Part shown: positions 27,901 through 40,158 of the stretch, one piece after another
How the letters are laid out: every line of letters starts with the position of its first letter
Numbering within the stretch: position 1 is the stretch's first letter
Source of the DNA: Klebsormidium nitens
Taxonomy: Eukaryota; Plantae; Klebsormidiophyceae
DNA: 64,000 bases
Direction: 5' to 3'
Assembly: GCA_000708835.1 (NCBI GenBank)
Contig: DF236982.1
Coordinates: 124,001 to 188,000, forward strand
Translations under genes and position numbers: made by a program
Notes under the pieces: generated by a model
The model's database searches: none
The model's input: only the letters and a program-made list of their open reading frames with translations
Told to the model about the DNA's origin: nothing

Positions 27901-28328
27901 CTCCTTCCCCTGACTCCAGATCGTCCTTTGAATCTCCAGAACGTTCAAAGGGGAGGCGAACAATCTGTCGGAAAAGGGCTCATGCTGGCCCCTTTCTTGC
28001 CAGCTTCGATCAGGAGTGAGGCGTTCGCAATCAACAACAGAATCAACGCAGCCCAGAGTTTCTTAATATGCAAGCAGTATGTAGGTGGCATTAGTATATA
28101 AAGGTGGCATTTGATGGTATGCCTATGTCAAAAAGTTTAGTATGAAAGATACTAGACAGTGAGGTTTTCTCAGAGCAATCTGAAAACTCAGGATGAGCAG
28201 CATCATTTTGCAAGGATGGCGGCTAAGAAAGTTGGCTGTTTCTCACCGTCAGCCAAGGCGAACCTGATCAGCTTCTGCATGAGCAGCACAAACGCGACAG
28301 CGAGGGCGACTGCGTAGATTGTCTCCAT
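12901..28328 (-). CDS. DHRS7: Short-chain dehydrogenase/reductase, DHRS7/SDR7-like, 11 exons, 365 aa
   Basis: Exons: 28328-28247, 27599-27541, 27208-27184, 26626-26522, 16727-16585, 16074-16036, 15719-15627, 15246-15148, 14663-14406, 13619-13554, 13029-12901 (1098 nt). Motifs: N-terminal hydrophobic anchor, GKVVWITGASQGIG (Rossmann fold), DYLIHNAA, VNVLG, catalytic S (LSSAAG), YAATK (YxxxK) and VPGPI. Order and C-terminus resemble the plant DHRS7-like SDR. Confidence 0.9.
14078..14440 (-). repeat. About 155-158 bp tandem repeat (3 copies of the junction core) duplicating the SDR exon-9 3' end and its donor site
   Basis: 'catggttcgagatcca.a....cggcaa.cggtgcgcc' (reverse strand: AHRLPEIWISNH|GT) occurs at 14089, 14247 and 14402. 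The last copy is the real exon end. Confidence 0.85.
14745..14790 (-). repeat. Truncated duplicate of the SDR exon-9 acceptor and first ~10 codons
   Basis: ctacag|ACCCACGCTCAAGGCATCAATGTCAGCATC (THAQGINVSI) at 14777 versus the real ctacag|ACTCACGCGCGAGGCATTAACGTCACCATC (THARGINVTI) at 14663. Confidence 0.75.
16728..26521 (-). other. 9.8 kb intron of the SDR gene containing degenerate repeats
   Basis: Exon 4 (…AASCT G|) and exon 5 (|GPHANDV…) join in frame as contiguous SDR sequence, so nothing of the SDR is missing between them. All other introns in the window are about 1.1 kb or shorter. Confidence 0.85.
17819..22605. repeat. Three diverged direct repeats about 2.2-2.3 kb apart inside the large intron
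   Basis: The module '...gggagtgaaa.caagggtatcg...ctgtgac.aaatggtca.aactcgcaca..tcatcgctttc' occurs at about 17819-17975 and 20094-20250, and partially at 22398-22438. Associated motifs 'aagt.ggacc.a.ttgggg' (about 18050 and 22515) and 'caggccc..gttccaggccggt' (about 20400 and 22580) also recur. Confidence 0.7.
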
Positions 28329-29519
28329 TGCTATCATGCACACTGCCCGCACAATGTCGCTCAGCTACTGTTGCGCAAGCTGCTGATCAGCTGTGTCCAA
28401 GTGGGCCTGATTTTGTAGCAATGCAAGAGGAGGTTCCGACTCGTGAGTGGTTTGCATGCACCACCCTGCCAGCTCTTTGTGGCTGCTATGTAGCTCCTTG
28501 CAGTCAAAAGGCCCGAGCCCGAGGAGGCGCCATATTTTTTGGGAAAACAAACCCGGCCAGAAGAGCGGGCCAGCAGAAGAGCGGGCCAGAATTGGCAAAA
28601 CAAATCGGCCCAGCCGCATCATTGAAAGCAAGCGGGCCAGCGACAATGCGGGCTGACGTCCCAGCGCCGGTTCCTCGTTGCGCTTGGCACTGCAAGACTT
28701 TCTGGGCCCAGAAAAAGAAGGTAGAAAGTCTGCATCGTGGTAGAAAAGTGTCAGACCGCAAGCAGACGGTGATGTAAAAGACGGCGTAATTGACGGGTCA
28801 TTCGGTTTCCCTTTCGAGTTTGACTTTGAGCAAAGCCGGCCAAACGCTGTGCACACTTTGAAAACTTCAACTTCATGTTTCGCCTCCTGTTTTGAAGCAT
28901 GATGGCCCTGCATGGGCACAGATCCACCTGGATTTTGAGGGTCAGAGCAAGAGAGACCGTCCCTTTTCTTCGAATTGCAGCTTATGGCTCCTTTAGATTG
29001 GTGCAGTCAACATGAACAAACGCATGGTCGCAATCGATGGCGGCCGCTCCCGCCAACAACGCCCAAGTTTGCAGTGACTGATTGGGGCCTCTGTGATTCG
29101 AGAGGGCCCAAATTAAAGGTGTGTACCGTACCATGATGATACAGAAGGGGACGGCTTGAAACCGCCCACTGCACGCTGAAGCAGCCTGATGACTGCCAAT
29201 CCCTATCTAAGGAAGGAAACATAAAATGTAAAGCAAGCGGCGGCAGAGAAAGCAATGCAGGCGGTGAGCTCAGAACTGACAGCATTGTGCTTCCATGACA
29301 AAACCGCATATGCTGCTAGCTGGGAAGTACACAGCCTTGCACTTGAGAGAGTCGAGTGTCGCTTTTGTGCAACCCTCTAAGTCTTCATTTGGATCATCCT
29401 TTCACTGCCGACAGCGGCAAGCTGAGCAACTTTCTGTGGTAGTCCGTCAGCTCTTTAGTGACTCGAATCCTCGAACCGCTGTTCTGGCCTCCCCATCTTC
29501 AGGTAGAGAAGCTGTACTT

Positions 29520-32150
29520 TACCAGTCTTTTGATTACCGCCTAGCCTTTCAAACTCCCAAGGTGGCGGTGGTTGAAAGAGTGACTGTGAGGCCCACAGAG
29601 GCGTTCATGAGCTGGCACCTCCGATATGACCGGCCATCCTTAGTTTCGTTCAATGCCTTTCTTTCATCCAGCAACAGGAGCCCCAAACTCGAACCAGCCA
29701 ACTGATTCTTGCTTACTAACACAAGCAGAAGGGTCTGGTCCACAGATCTATGCGAAGCCTGCAGGTGGTGCTGAAGACATGATAGCAGCTGCTCAAGTCT
29801 CTGGTGGAAGCGTCACTGGCAGACTGGCAGAGAAGGTGAGGTTTGCAGGGAAGGGAATCTCCAGAACCGTACTAGACAGTGGTGTCTAAGAAAAGAATTT
29901 AAAGTGACAGAATTAAAAGATTGACTGTTGCATACAAAACCTGTCTGTCTCAAGGAAGTTGACCCCAGCGTGTGTTTGTTCCCTGCTTCCTATTATCTCC
30001 TGTCTTCAGACGTGCCAGAGATCCATACCAAGTTATGTGGTTCCCTAACCTAGGGCCATCGCATCAAAAAGTCACTTCTGCCCACATGCTTCGTAGAGCA
30101 ATACTTCTCTTATACCGCCCCACTAGTTCTTGGCAGAGCAAGGCCCGCTTCTCTCCCTTCTCCCCCTTCTTCTCCTCGGCCGCTCTTACTGGCCGCCCCA
30201 TTTCCTAAGCAGTACTTGGCCCAGCTCGACTTGAACCGCGTAGCTGCAGCAATCAGGGGGTTCGTCCCCATGCCTAAAAGGACCCCCTTGGAAGGCCTCC
30301 CCCTGCTACGGCTTCTGTGCACGCGTGTGAAGCGCGCAGCTAATGAAAAGCGGGCTTGAGATAAGTGTGCACTGTGGCTACTATTTCGGGGGTCGATTTC
30401 CGCTTCCTGGATTTCTTGATCCAAAGGTCGGTGGACCGTAGAGAAACCGCCAGCGCGGCAACTGACCCCAGGGGTCCTAGGCCGGATCCGTCGAGCGAAA
30501 TGCTGGGAAGCTGGATTCCTGGAAAACGCAACACCTTTTGAGATGGAGACAGCCATGAGCAAGTCGAACGGGCAGCATCGCTGTAGACGAAGGGTGGGTC
30601 GGGTGGCTCCAACGAGAACGAACGACTGTAATGGACAAAACGGGCGGAACGAGAGGCCAGCTGGCCATGGCCGCGCACGCAGTGTTACGAAGATGCGGTG
30701 GTCGCTTCGGTCGGGACGTAGTACTCGTCGCTTGGGAAGCTGACGTAGGATGACGTCACTACCAGGGGCTGGCAAAGGTGAGGAGGGGATCAAGGGTGCA
30801 GCGCCTATGTAATCACGTTCTGAAATGTGCCCTCATTGGGGGGGCCAGGAACGAGAAGCGTGATCTGCTTTCACCGACGTTCGGCTCACTGCGGTACTTG
30901 AAATTGGAATTCTTCAAGCTCCTAGGCCATATAACATCTTTACTATGGCTCATGTGTACCTGGCGTGTCTCTGCTTAGTTGGCTTGGTTGCAAAACCTTT
31001 CTCTGTGGCCCTAAGAAAGAGACAGGAATCCGCTTTGGCTCAAGAAACGCATTATGTCCGCTCTTTTTGGAGTCGCTCGGATGGCCAAATACAGTCGAAG
31101 CTTTAGGTAAAGCTGTGAAGTATTTCTGTCCCTTGCAATCTACCTCTGACAGCTTAGCTTGTCTCTCCAGCTTCTTCACATTCTTCGTCAACGGTGAATG
31201 TAACAGAACGGTTGAAGCGCATCCTCACCGCTTGCCGCTCCACCACTCCAAAGTTGCTTTGAGTTATCTTTCCGCCAGCAACCGCATGCTCTCGTCTCCC
31301 ACTTCGTTTGTTGGACACGAAGTTTTTCGTTCTGTACAACTGCTTCAGAACGCAATTCTGGGAACTTGGGCTCAAAAGAAGAGAGATCTAGAGCAGAGAT
31401 GATCGTTCTGCATACCTGCTTTCAATGTACCTAAGGTGTCTTTTTCCTTCCCCTCAGCCTGCTCTTTCTCGCCATCCCCGGGAAATGTACCAGATTGGCC
31501 GCACCGCCCCACTTGCCGCGACGCTGCCCCGCGCTTACTTCGGGTTCAGTTGGTGGGAGAGCAAACACCAAAAACCCTCCTTTTCGATCTGGGAAAGCCC
31601 CGGTGCAGCGTAGCCTGTAATGAGATGCCTTTCTACATCCACAGAACTAGAGAAGCGGGAGACAGCCGGGGCGCTAGTTAAGGTGACGTCGAGATCATCG
31701 AACGGTCGATGTTGGACTGTCGTGGACGAGCGCTTCGTTGGCTAAGAACTGGCCATGTGTATCGAGGTGGTGCAGCACCTAGATCCGGAACCGTTGACAA
31801 AATACGTCACTTTGGGCAGACTCCATTCGAAAGTGCCGCCTCTGGGTTTCCACTCCAGTGTCGAGTTTCACCCGGATCTCCAAGCAGCGGCGACGGGAAC
31901 CAGGACGACGGCTAAGGAACGACGACCACCGGTCCGAGTGATCGAGAGCGGACCTCCGGGCGTGGGGGGAGCTCTGTCGGCGGAATACGGATACTCGTTC
32001 GATACAGTGACGGCAGGCGGGGAGGGGGCGGAGAACGGACCTGGGTTCTGCACGCAAACCGCTGTCTTCCAAAAAAGACTAGGAATCGGAGCTTAGTTGA
32101 TAACCTTCCTCATGACGAAGCCTATCGTCTTCAACAAAGCGCCTCGCCCT
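29520..32150 (+). pseudogene. HEN1: Unprocessed HEN1 pseudogene (partial tandem duplicate)
   Basis: Collinear homology to HEN1 intron 1 (about 29520-29740), exon 2 (29746-29835), exon 3 (about 30137-30360), the 3' part of exon 5 (about 30600-30777) and exon 6 (31458-32096). It carries frameshifts and in-frame stops (TAG at 30719 and 30746). No exon 4 homolog was seen, and about 1 kb of exon 6 is deleted, including LDLGCGSG. Confidence 0.9.
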
Positions 32151-32479
32151 TGATTCTTGCGCTGCCTTCGTGAGAAGCAGGATGATAAGCATTTTTGCCC
32201 TCACACTGTAAGTCCCATGCTTGTTGGACCTCGCACAATTCTAGGTTTGGTTCGACCATTGTCACGGTGGTCACTAGCATGCAGTGCATGTTGAAAACCC
32301 CTCTTTACTAGTGTACTCGTTAAACATACCTTCTTGATCGAATTGCTTATGATCCCGCATGTTTGTATTCGACCTCATTGCAAACTGACATCAACCGGTT
32401 TCTTAACACTACTAGGGTGCCTAAACAGTGCTTGCATAAGTCAATGCGCGCGGAGCATTTTCATCTTGAGGGCCACTTT

Positions 32480-33952
32480 CTAAGGTTCCAACTTATAAGG
32501 TCTTCTGAACGAAGCCGTCCAACCGTACCCTATCTCAACTCGCATAAGGGCGCTGAAAACAATGCTCTCTAACTTCGCATACTCTGGTTTTACATTTGCA
32601 TACTCCCTATACTTTCCCCAATCACTTGCGTCCAAGTCGGCAGCCTCTGACAAGTCGCTCTCTGCTGGGCTGGTTGGATAATAAAGACTGTGGAAGCGCG
32701 TAAACCTATCAAAAATGTAATTTTCCATTTGATCAGTCCGGTTCGCGTCCGGGTTCCAATACCCCATAAATATTGCTGCCCCATTGTATGGCAGGAAGGC
32801 AGCGGAGAAGGAAACACCCCCGCACGGACTTATTACAAGTGTAGTGTTGCTAATCAGGTTAATCTGCTCTGCAAGACTAAGGGACGCAATATCCACAGCA
32901 ATGGCACTCACGTTAAAAGAGCCTCTTAGCCTCTCCGCAATCCCCTCCGGATCTAGAAGCCGGCGCTTTCCGTTCTTAAGGAACACCACTATCCGCTGCT
33001 CCTTTGGATGGTCTCTCGGCCCCACTCCATACCTCGCCATAGCGTGCTCGACGAGTTTGTCAAACATCCCGTCGATGTCAGGGCCGTAAGACATCATAAA
33101 ATGGGCCATCCCAAGGACCACGTTTTCGGCGCAGACTAGATCGCTCCCCTGGACTCCACTATTATTGAGCTTGACAAAAGGGTGGTCAGTGAGCCAAGGA
33201 CCTAGCTTCTCATGCAGCGCGCATACACCCCCAGTATTAGGCTCGTAGTCTCTACAGTCCCGGTTTTGGAAGACCACGAGCAGATCTCTTGTTAACAGAT
33301 TGTACAGACGTAAAAGCCTATATATAGGTAGCATAAGGTCGCCTATGTCGTGACCAAAGTTGCCGGGGAAGTGAGGATCCCCATAAACGACCGTACTCTG
33401 GTTCACATAAACCGCACCCTCAGGCATGGCCTCGTACTTGACATCCACCCCGACGACGATGCCCTTGGTATCGGGCCAAAAGAGGATGTGCTTCCACTCC
33501 ATCCAATAATCTTCCACCAGAGACGGCGGGAACTCGCGAGCCAAATCCTCCTCCAGACTCCCCCCTCCCGCGCCTTTCTCCACGTAGTACTGGATGTTTC
33601 CCGACGCCTTCGAGATGCAAACATTTCGGAAGTGGCAGGCCCTCGACCTGGGTACCAACTCCCGATTCCATTTTGAGGCGAGGTTGGAGGTGCACCGGTG
33701 CCAAGAAACTGGCTGCCGGCCGGGACCGCTCAGATCCTGGGCCGCTGGTGTTACAGGTGCTGAGGCTAGGACAGAATCGCGGAGTGAAAGGTGTCGTGAC
33801 TGGTCCCGGAGGTGGAGGACGAATAAGGGCACAACGGCGATGCTTACAAGAAGGATGACCTGAATTGGTCGGGCCGCTTTCTTCCAGCTGCCATTCCCAC
33901 TTGCGGCAGCGTTTCGCATCCGTCCCAGTACTCCAGCAGCGGAGGCTTGCAT
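32480..33952 (-). CDS. Glycosyltransferase family 61-like (DUF563) type II membrane protein, single exon, 490 aa
   Basis: Uninterrupted ORF with an N-terminal TM segment (IQVILLVSIAVVPLFVLHL) and a stem region. GT61-like segments: ACHFRNVCI, NFGHDIGDLMLPIY, FLKNGKRRLLD and SLAEQINLISNTTLVISPCGGVSFSAAFLP. The family call is from motif recall only. Confidence 0.65.
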   Translation of the reverse strand: MQASAAGVLGRMRNAAASGNGSWKKAARPIQVILLVSIAVVPLFVLHLRDQSRHLSLRDSVLASAPVTPAAQDLSGPGRQPVSWHRCTSNLASKWNRELVPRSRACHFRNVCISKASGNIQYYVEKGAGGGSLEEDLAREFPPSLVEDYWMEWKHILFWPDTKGIVVGVDVKYEAMPEGAVYVNQSTVVYGDPHFPGNFGHDIGDLMLPIYRLLRLYNLLTRDLLVVFQNRDCRDYEPNTGGVCALHEKLGPWLTDHPFVKLNNSGVQGSDLVCAENVVLGMAHFMMSYGPDIDGMFDKLVEHAMARYGVGPRDHPKEQRIVVFLKNGKRRLLDPEGIAERLRGSFNVSAIAVDIASLSLAEQINLISNTTLVISPCGGVSFSAAFLPYNGAAIFMGYWNPDANRTDQMENYIFDRFTRFHSLYYPTSPAESDLSEAADLDASDWGKYREYANVKPEYAKLESIVFSALMRVEIGYGWTASFRRPYKLEP

Positions 33953-33984
33953 AGCGCCTTGCCAAGCAGCAAACTTTGCGGCAA

Positions 33985-34000
33985 GACGTCAGTGACGTCA
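33985..34000. promoter_or_regulatory. Tandem TGACGTCA-type (bZIP/CRE-like) motifs just upstream of the GT61 start
   Basis: gacgtcagtgacgtca lies 33-48 nt upstream of the GT61 ATG, in the divergent GT61/FucT intergenic region. Function is inferred only. Confidence 0.3.
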
Positions 34001-35463
34001 GTAGGCAGCCCGAGCCGCCTGTGTGATGAGGAACGTTTGTGTGAGCTCGACGCCTGTCTGCTTAGAAACTTCTTGCCCCGTTGCTAATGAAAGAAGTTTC
34101 AAAATGGACCACACGATTCGCAATGAGACGCTTGTGAATCTTAGGACAGTGGGCCTTCAGCAAACAATATCGGAGGCAGAAGTGGATAAGTCGCTGTCTG
34201 GGATTCCTGACCCATTCGAAAACGGCGACAACCTGTCTACAAGTGAGTGGGCAACTCTAAGTGCATGTAGAAGAACACTGATGGGGCCTGGATCCTCTCA
34301 ACCTGATAGCGTAATGCTCAGGTTGTAAGTTGCACAGCTAGCAGAACCTGGACAGAAAGGAGCCGGCATGGCGCAGCGCCAGAAGCAATGACTGACAGGC
34401 AGTGCATCCGAGAACCTGCTGCCCAATACAAACCACATGCTCTGGGTACTTATATAACCGTCTCTCAAAGCTGACTTCTTGGCTGGCATGAATGAACAGT
34501 GAACCGAACTAATCATAACATTGGGATATTCAGCAGGTTTCCCAGCACTTACGCATATAAAGCATCGGCTCTCCGCTGCCCTCCCCATGCTTCCTGGCAT
34601 GACAAAAAACCTGGACCCTTCACCCTCTCATTCTATAGGCGGGCACCGAGTTGAACTGCAATATCAGAGGCCTTTTAGATCAGAGTGGGGTGCCAGAGTT
34701 CACAAGCACTTCTCGACTGGCAGGAAGGCACAGCTCCAAACTAGCGACGCACTCACCAGCTGGTCAACACGGGCCCAGCTGCCAAGTCCTAATCTCCCAT
34801 CCAAAAGCCTCGAAAGCTACCACTGCCAGTCTTCAGAGTACGTTGGGAAAGCCAGTAAGCATGCAGAAAGCTAGAATGCGGCTCAGCTGGAATAGCACAG
34901 CCCCCCTCCTTTCCCCCTCCTTTGTCATTTGATCAATCGAGGAGATGAGACTGATGGCAGTGACAGTTCACTTGAGATGGTCTTTCCAATGTGGAGACGC
35001 TCAGGTTTCGGGAACCTCTAAAACTTCTACGCGCAAGACTGCGATTTTCCTACCCGTAAATGCCGGTTATGTATCTTGAAGTTCGTTGAAAGAAGGGTTG
35101 GGCCTCCCCTGCACCACTCCCAGATCAGAGTTAAACTTACAATCAGAAGACAGCATGTATCTTTAATATGATGTAGCCTTGAAGTTGCAAGTTGTAGGAC
35201 TCGGAGCAGCAGCAGGCAATCCACATGCCAGAATGCAGGCCAAGACGGCCAAGTATGCAATCCAATGAGGGAGCCAATGCAATACCACCACTATGGTTTA
35301 GTATCAAGGGGCGGACTGCCTCCCGTAATCTTAGCTGTCTTTTGCCGCGCATGTTGTTTGCAGGCAGAACTCAGGTACAACTAGTCCAGCCATAGCTCTA
35401 GATCCGCACGTCCTGATTATTTCACTTCTGAGGGAAGCTGTGCAGTCTAGAATAAGCTCCGGT

Positions 35464-38400
35464 ATGGCTGTTGACCTCGCGCCTCTTTACAACGCCCTAG
35501 GACGGGACTCAGCCGTCTCCCAGTACAAGTATCTTCGTCCGATTGCCGTGGCATTAGGGTTTGCCGTGGCCCTCCTCTTCCTGTACACACTCCACACAGG
35601 TTCAGACCAATTGGTGTTCAACATAAGTAGAGGTGGCAATGACGCTTCCGAGCTGCAGATGTGCAAAGCATGGTTCGAGGAGGAGGACCAGGCAAATGCG
35701 CATCTGCTGATCGGCCGGGACTTTGATGAAGAACCAGTGAACATCTATGAGGTCGGGCTGCCTGAGTGGTTTGTGGCGCCCAAGGAGGACTTGGACCGGT
35801 GCGACATTAAGTGCAGGTGGGTGGAACCGCCCACAGTTTTTGTCCTGGCACAGTTGATGAGCCCCTCGCTTTTACTGAAAGCTGAAGTATGGGCCGCACC
35901 TTTTGTGATCTTGGTGGAATAGCTGATGAGAAGGAAGTGTGCATTGTGGATCCTGCTGTGAGGGCACCAAGGGGTTCCGACGTTACAGAAGTGTGGGTGT
36001 CTCGGCTTTGAGTCTAGCAATGATGAGCTGTGCTACACCGAATCAGCAGGTAAGCCATTACATGCGCATTAGAAGTCCCCTTTTGTGCAAATAGCTAGGA
36101 CAATGCTTCAAACGTCACTTGTGGCTTCAAAAGGACAGCATCTGTGTGACTTTCCCCTTGGTGGTCTGCAGTTGCGGTTTCTAGCATGGAAAAGGCTGGT
36201 GAAGTTGGCCGCCTCTGAAGGCGCTCCAGAACATTTTCAGCTGGTGCACGATGCCCAGCCCGGGGGATTGCCAACAGTCAATACCCTGCAGGCCCCTTCC
36301 TTTTGAACCCTTGGAATGTGCGGTACTGGATATTGGGGTCCCTTGTAAAAATGTGGTGCGGCTTACTGCAATCGAGTGTGAAGGGCAGAACTTTCAGAGT
36401 AGGTCAAATGACAGACTGTTTCAAGCAGGTTCATAGCTTAAGGGCGCTGGCGGTGCCCCCCTCTGACTCTTGCTTTCGAAAGTTTCTGCTCAACCAATCT
36501 CAACACCCACTCCAACGAATCCATCGTTGTCTTGTTATATAACAGGAACCCCCTAGAGACTATCGCTTGCATCCCCGCAGGCCCATACCCTATCACGTCC
36601 CCGAGGCCGCTTCCATAACCCAGTGGGACGCCAGCACCGACGAGTGGCCAAAATCTCCGCAGGACATCGACCACTCCCACGGTTTTGCGGTCATCCGAAA
36701 TGTCGAGCCCCCAATCGATTACCCGGGCCTCGCGATCGACGCGGCGCACAGGGCCGGGTACGACATCGTGATGACGTCAGAGCTCGCGTCCGACGTGCCG
36801 ATACCGTATGTTGGCGCTTACGTGACCAACTACTTTGCGCCGGGGCTGCCGTTCGAAGAGAAGCAAAAGGCGGCTATGGCGGTGATTAGCAACTGCGGGG
36901 CAAAGAGTTTCCGGCTAAAGGCGGTCAAAAAGATGCAGGAGCTGGGGATACAGGTGGATTCGTATGGGTGGTGCGAGCGTAACAAGGAGTTCCCAGGTGG
37001 GTGGGTAGCTCTTGCTGCTTGATTCTATATTCCGCATTCCTTGGTTCTCATACCCCGACATTGAAGGGAAATTGGCCATGCATTATCTTGTTCAGACTTT
37101 CGAAGGGGTAGACGAGACTGCAGTTGGTGTCGAATGCGCCACGTAAACTCTTTGGCTGTCGAAAGTGGATCTTTCTTCCTTGCATGTACAGTGCTTAATA
37201 CCCCCTTTCGTCTGTACGGAGGGGTGATTCAGTTCGCATCCAATTGAAAGCGACGGAAGAAGGCCAGCCATTCTGTCCGCAGTTCGCTGACCTTCTTTCC
37301 CCCTTCGATTCCTTGCGCAGAACCCGACAACCAGGAGCGCAATGAAGCCGGGCAGTGGGACCGCTATCGGCAGAAGATCGCAGTTGCACGCACGTACCTC
37401 TTCTACCTCGCGTTCGAGAACAGCCATTGGCCGGACTACGTCACCGAGAAGTTCTACCACGTGTTGCAAGCGGGGTCGGTGCCGATCGTCATCGGCGCAC
37501 CAAACATCTTTGAGTTTGCGCCGGCGCCGAACTCGTTCCTGGAGCTACGGACGATAGAGGACGTGCCGAGGTTGGTCGAGAGAATGAAGTACCTGATGGA
37601 GAATCGGTCCGCGTACGAGGTGAGACACAGCACAGCAATCGACTGTTGTTGGGGGATGTGCGTGTGGCCGAAGTTTGTTTTCCTCGGACTCCGACTTTGA
37701 CGAGGTTCACAGAAGACAGTGTCGGCCTAGAGCATGGGATGAGATGCGTCAGCTGAGATGTCAGGTGAGCAGTCCTAGGCTCTCTGTCAGTCATCTTCCT
37801 TGGTTTATTCGACGGGCTGTCAAGTCGCCTTGGCATGTCACTAGGAAGATGCGCAGAACAGGGCCTCATACTTGTTTTGCCACGGCCGATCTGGTGACCA
37901 GTCCGATGTGGCTGCATGAAGGCATCGGTTCGACTAAACAAGGACCACGAATAGGACACCATTCTCTCTCGCTCCGAAGTTCACATGATGTCTAGGGCAG
38001 TGGCTCTGTTTCAGCACTCAACAACTTGGTTTACTGCATTTCGTCCGTCCCTCCGTACGCCATAGAGCATGCAGCAAGTTCAAGCAGCAAGATCTTTCTG
38101 GGATAACCCCACCGCCGAGGGAATCTTCCGGATATCAAGTTCTGATTGGATTGGACTCAACGATTACCTGACTTCCCGAAGCAAACGTTTAACGGTTTGG
38201 AGCCAACGCTATTCGCAAATTGCTCTTCCGGGTTTACTTATACTAAGCTCAAGCTATAACAAAATAACCTGCCTGGAACGGGGGGGGCCAAGAAGGGCTT
38301 TTGGGGTTTCAAACGCGTGCGGAGCAAGCGAACTTTAGGACTAGCTTTCCAATGTTAGCTCCGTTCTTCTTATATTTCGAGCCTATATATGCATCATCTT

Positions 38401-39083
38401 TGCAGGAAATGCTGGAGTGGCGGCGCCACGAGGCTTCCGACAACTTCAAAGCGATGAACGATGTTCGTGGCGTCCACGCCACCTGTCGCCTCTGCATCCA
38501 TATCGCCACGAAACTCCAGGCACTAACGGATAACAAAACGCGCGCCCTCGTTGCTGCTTCAACCCACGACCCGGGTGACGGTTCCCTTACAGACCCCAAC
38601 CCGGGTGACGGTTCCGTTACAGCCCCCGGTATCAATACCCGTGACAAGATTAGCGAAGGACGTTTGAGCACGAGAGTGCCCGTGTACCCCTGCACTTGTC
38701 GGCCGGCGGCGATCGGGGCCCCGTCACGGTTCCCGTTCCTAGCTAGTCTCGCCGGCGCAAGCCGCGAAGTACACCGAGTGTATGTCAGGGAAAGTGGACG
38801 ATTCCGATACCGCCCGGTGCTTTTAGACGGGAGGGATCTAAGCGTTTGGGCACTCCATGCGGCGGTACTCCAGGCGTTTCAAAAGGAGGATTACGAGCCG
38901 AGTTGGGTTGAGAGGAGGAAGGAGGTCGGTTTATATTGGACCACCTGGAAGGTGCATAGGATTTACCCTAGTGGGATGACATTACGGGAGTCCATGGGGA
39001 ACGGATCGTTTGTGGCGGATAGCCAATTTCAAGAGTATCTACGAGAACACCCTTGTCCAAAGCTTGAGGTTGTGTTAGTATGA
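35464..39083 (+). CDS. FUT11: Core alpha-1,3-fucosyltransferase (GT10, plant FucTA/FUT11-FUT12-like), 4 exons, 581 aa
   Basis: Exons: 35464-35816, 36581-36996, 37321-37619, 38406-39083 (1746 nt). N-terminal TM helix; AMAVISNCG…FRLKAV; the alpha-1,3-FucT motif FYLAFENSHWPDYVTEKFYHVLQAGSVPIVIG; plant-type C-terminus CRLCIHIAT…VHRVYVRESGRF…HPCPKLEVVLV*. Confidence 0.9.
38568..38628 (+). repeat. 30-nt in-frame tandem duplication in FucT exon 4
   Basis: acccgggtgacggttcc.ttacag occurs twice and encodes DPGDGSLTDPNPGDGSVTAP. Confidence 0.7.
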
Positions 39084-40158
39084 GTTTGATATTTTTAGCG
39101 CAACATCACTACGAATCGCTTTATGCTGAATATGCATGAGTATAAGGCGTTTGCAGGTACAGCCAACATAGGGCAATCACTTCTTGTTTCCTATGCAGTA
39201 TGCACTGTGCAAATGGCGATCCATGAATCTAGGTGTCAACAAAGACTACTGTGGATAAGGCCAGTCGCGAGACATGATACTTCGCATTTCTCCGACGCGC
39301 GAATCTCGTAATTAAGAAGCGGCCTTGAGATTCAATGAGGCAATGAGACCTTCTGAGAAGAGTTGTATGTTCCTCACCATCCACCGTGGCGCATTTGTGA
39401 TGACTTTCTGCATGAGCAGTACATATGCAAGAGCAACGAATGCAAATCATCTCCATCATCGTATCATCCAATCGTCACTGAGCATTTGCATTGATGCTTT
39501 GGATGGTAACAAGTTTGCGCAGCTGCAATTCGGGCTGTCATCCGAGGCTTGGAGTCATCGGCGCACTATTATGCAGAAGAACGCTTGCGCTCTCGATGAT
39601 GCATACAGTTCTGCACGTTCCATGATCTCGAAAAGCTCTTCACAGAGCTCTACATGCATAGCACATAGCACACAGCTCTACATTTACGTAATACTATTAA
39701 TAGCAGCCTTTGCTTGCCATGCAGGCCGAAAGCTGCAAAATTTGGCAATAATTTTGCCCAAGCAGCAACGCGGGCTCCCGTTCCAGTGCCGGTTGTTTAA
39801 TGCCACTGGCACCGTGACTCTGACCCATTCCTACACAGGCCGACGATCGAGCTTATTTTGATTGGTTAATGTTACTGGGTAAATAGACGGTTCTTGAAAA
39901 GGCGGCAAAGCCGACGCCGTCCGCGACGGACCATTTCATTGTCTTTCGCTTTATATCAGCAAGGCAAAACCTCGCGGCTCGAGCTGTATGGGGGCTGTAT
40001 GCTCCGCCTCGAAGCTTGAAACTTTCAGGGGGACATCCCTTCAGCCTTTAGGTAATCTTCCATTCCTTTCCTTTCCTCAAATTGGTGCTGGCGATTGCCC
40101 GTTGAGCTTCCTTTCTGTGCAAAACGTGTGATCAACCGCATGGTTGCAACTGACGCCA

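Noticed and set aside
28545-28640. Short agaagagcgggccag repeats upstream of the SDR start
   Set aside because: Two or three degenerate units only. They could be promoter elements, but the sequence gives no support for a function.
39325-39861. 178-aa ORF between FucT and HEN1
   Set aside because: No motif, non-canonical start and low-GC intergenic character.
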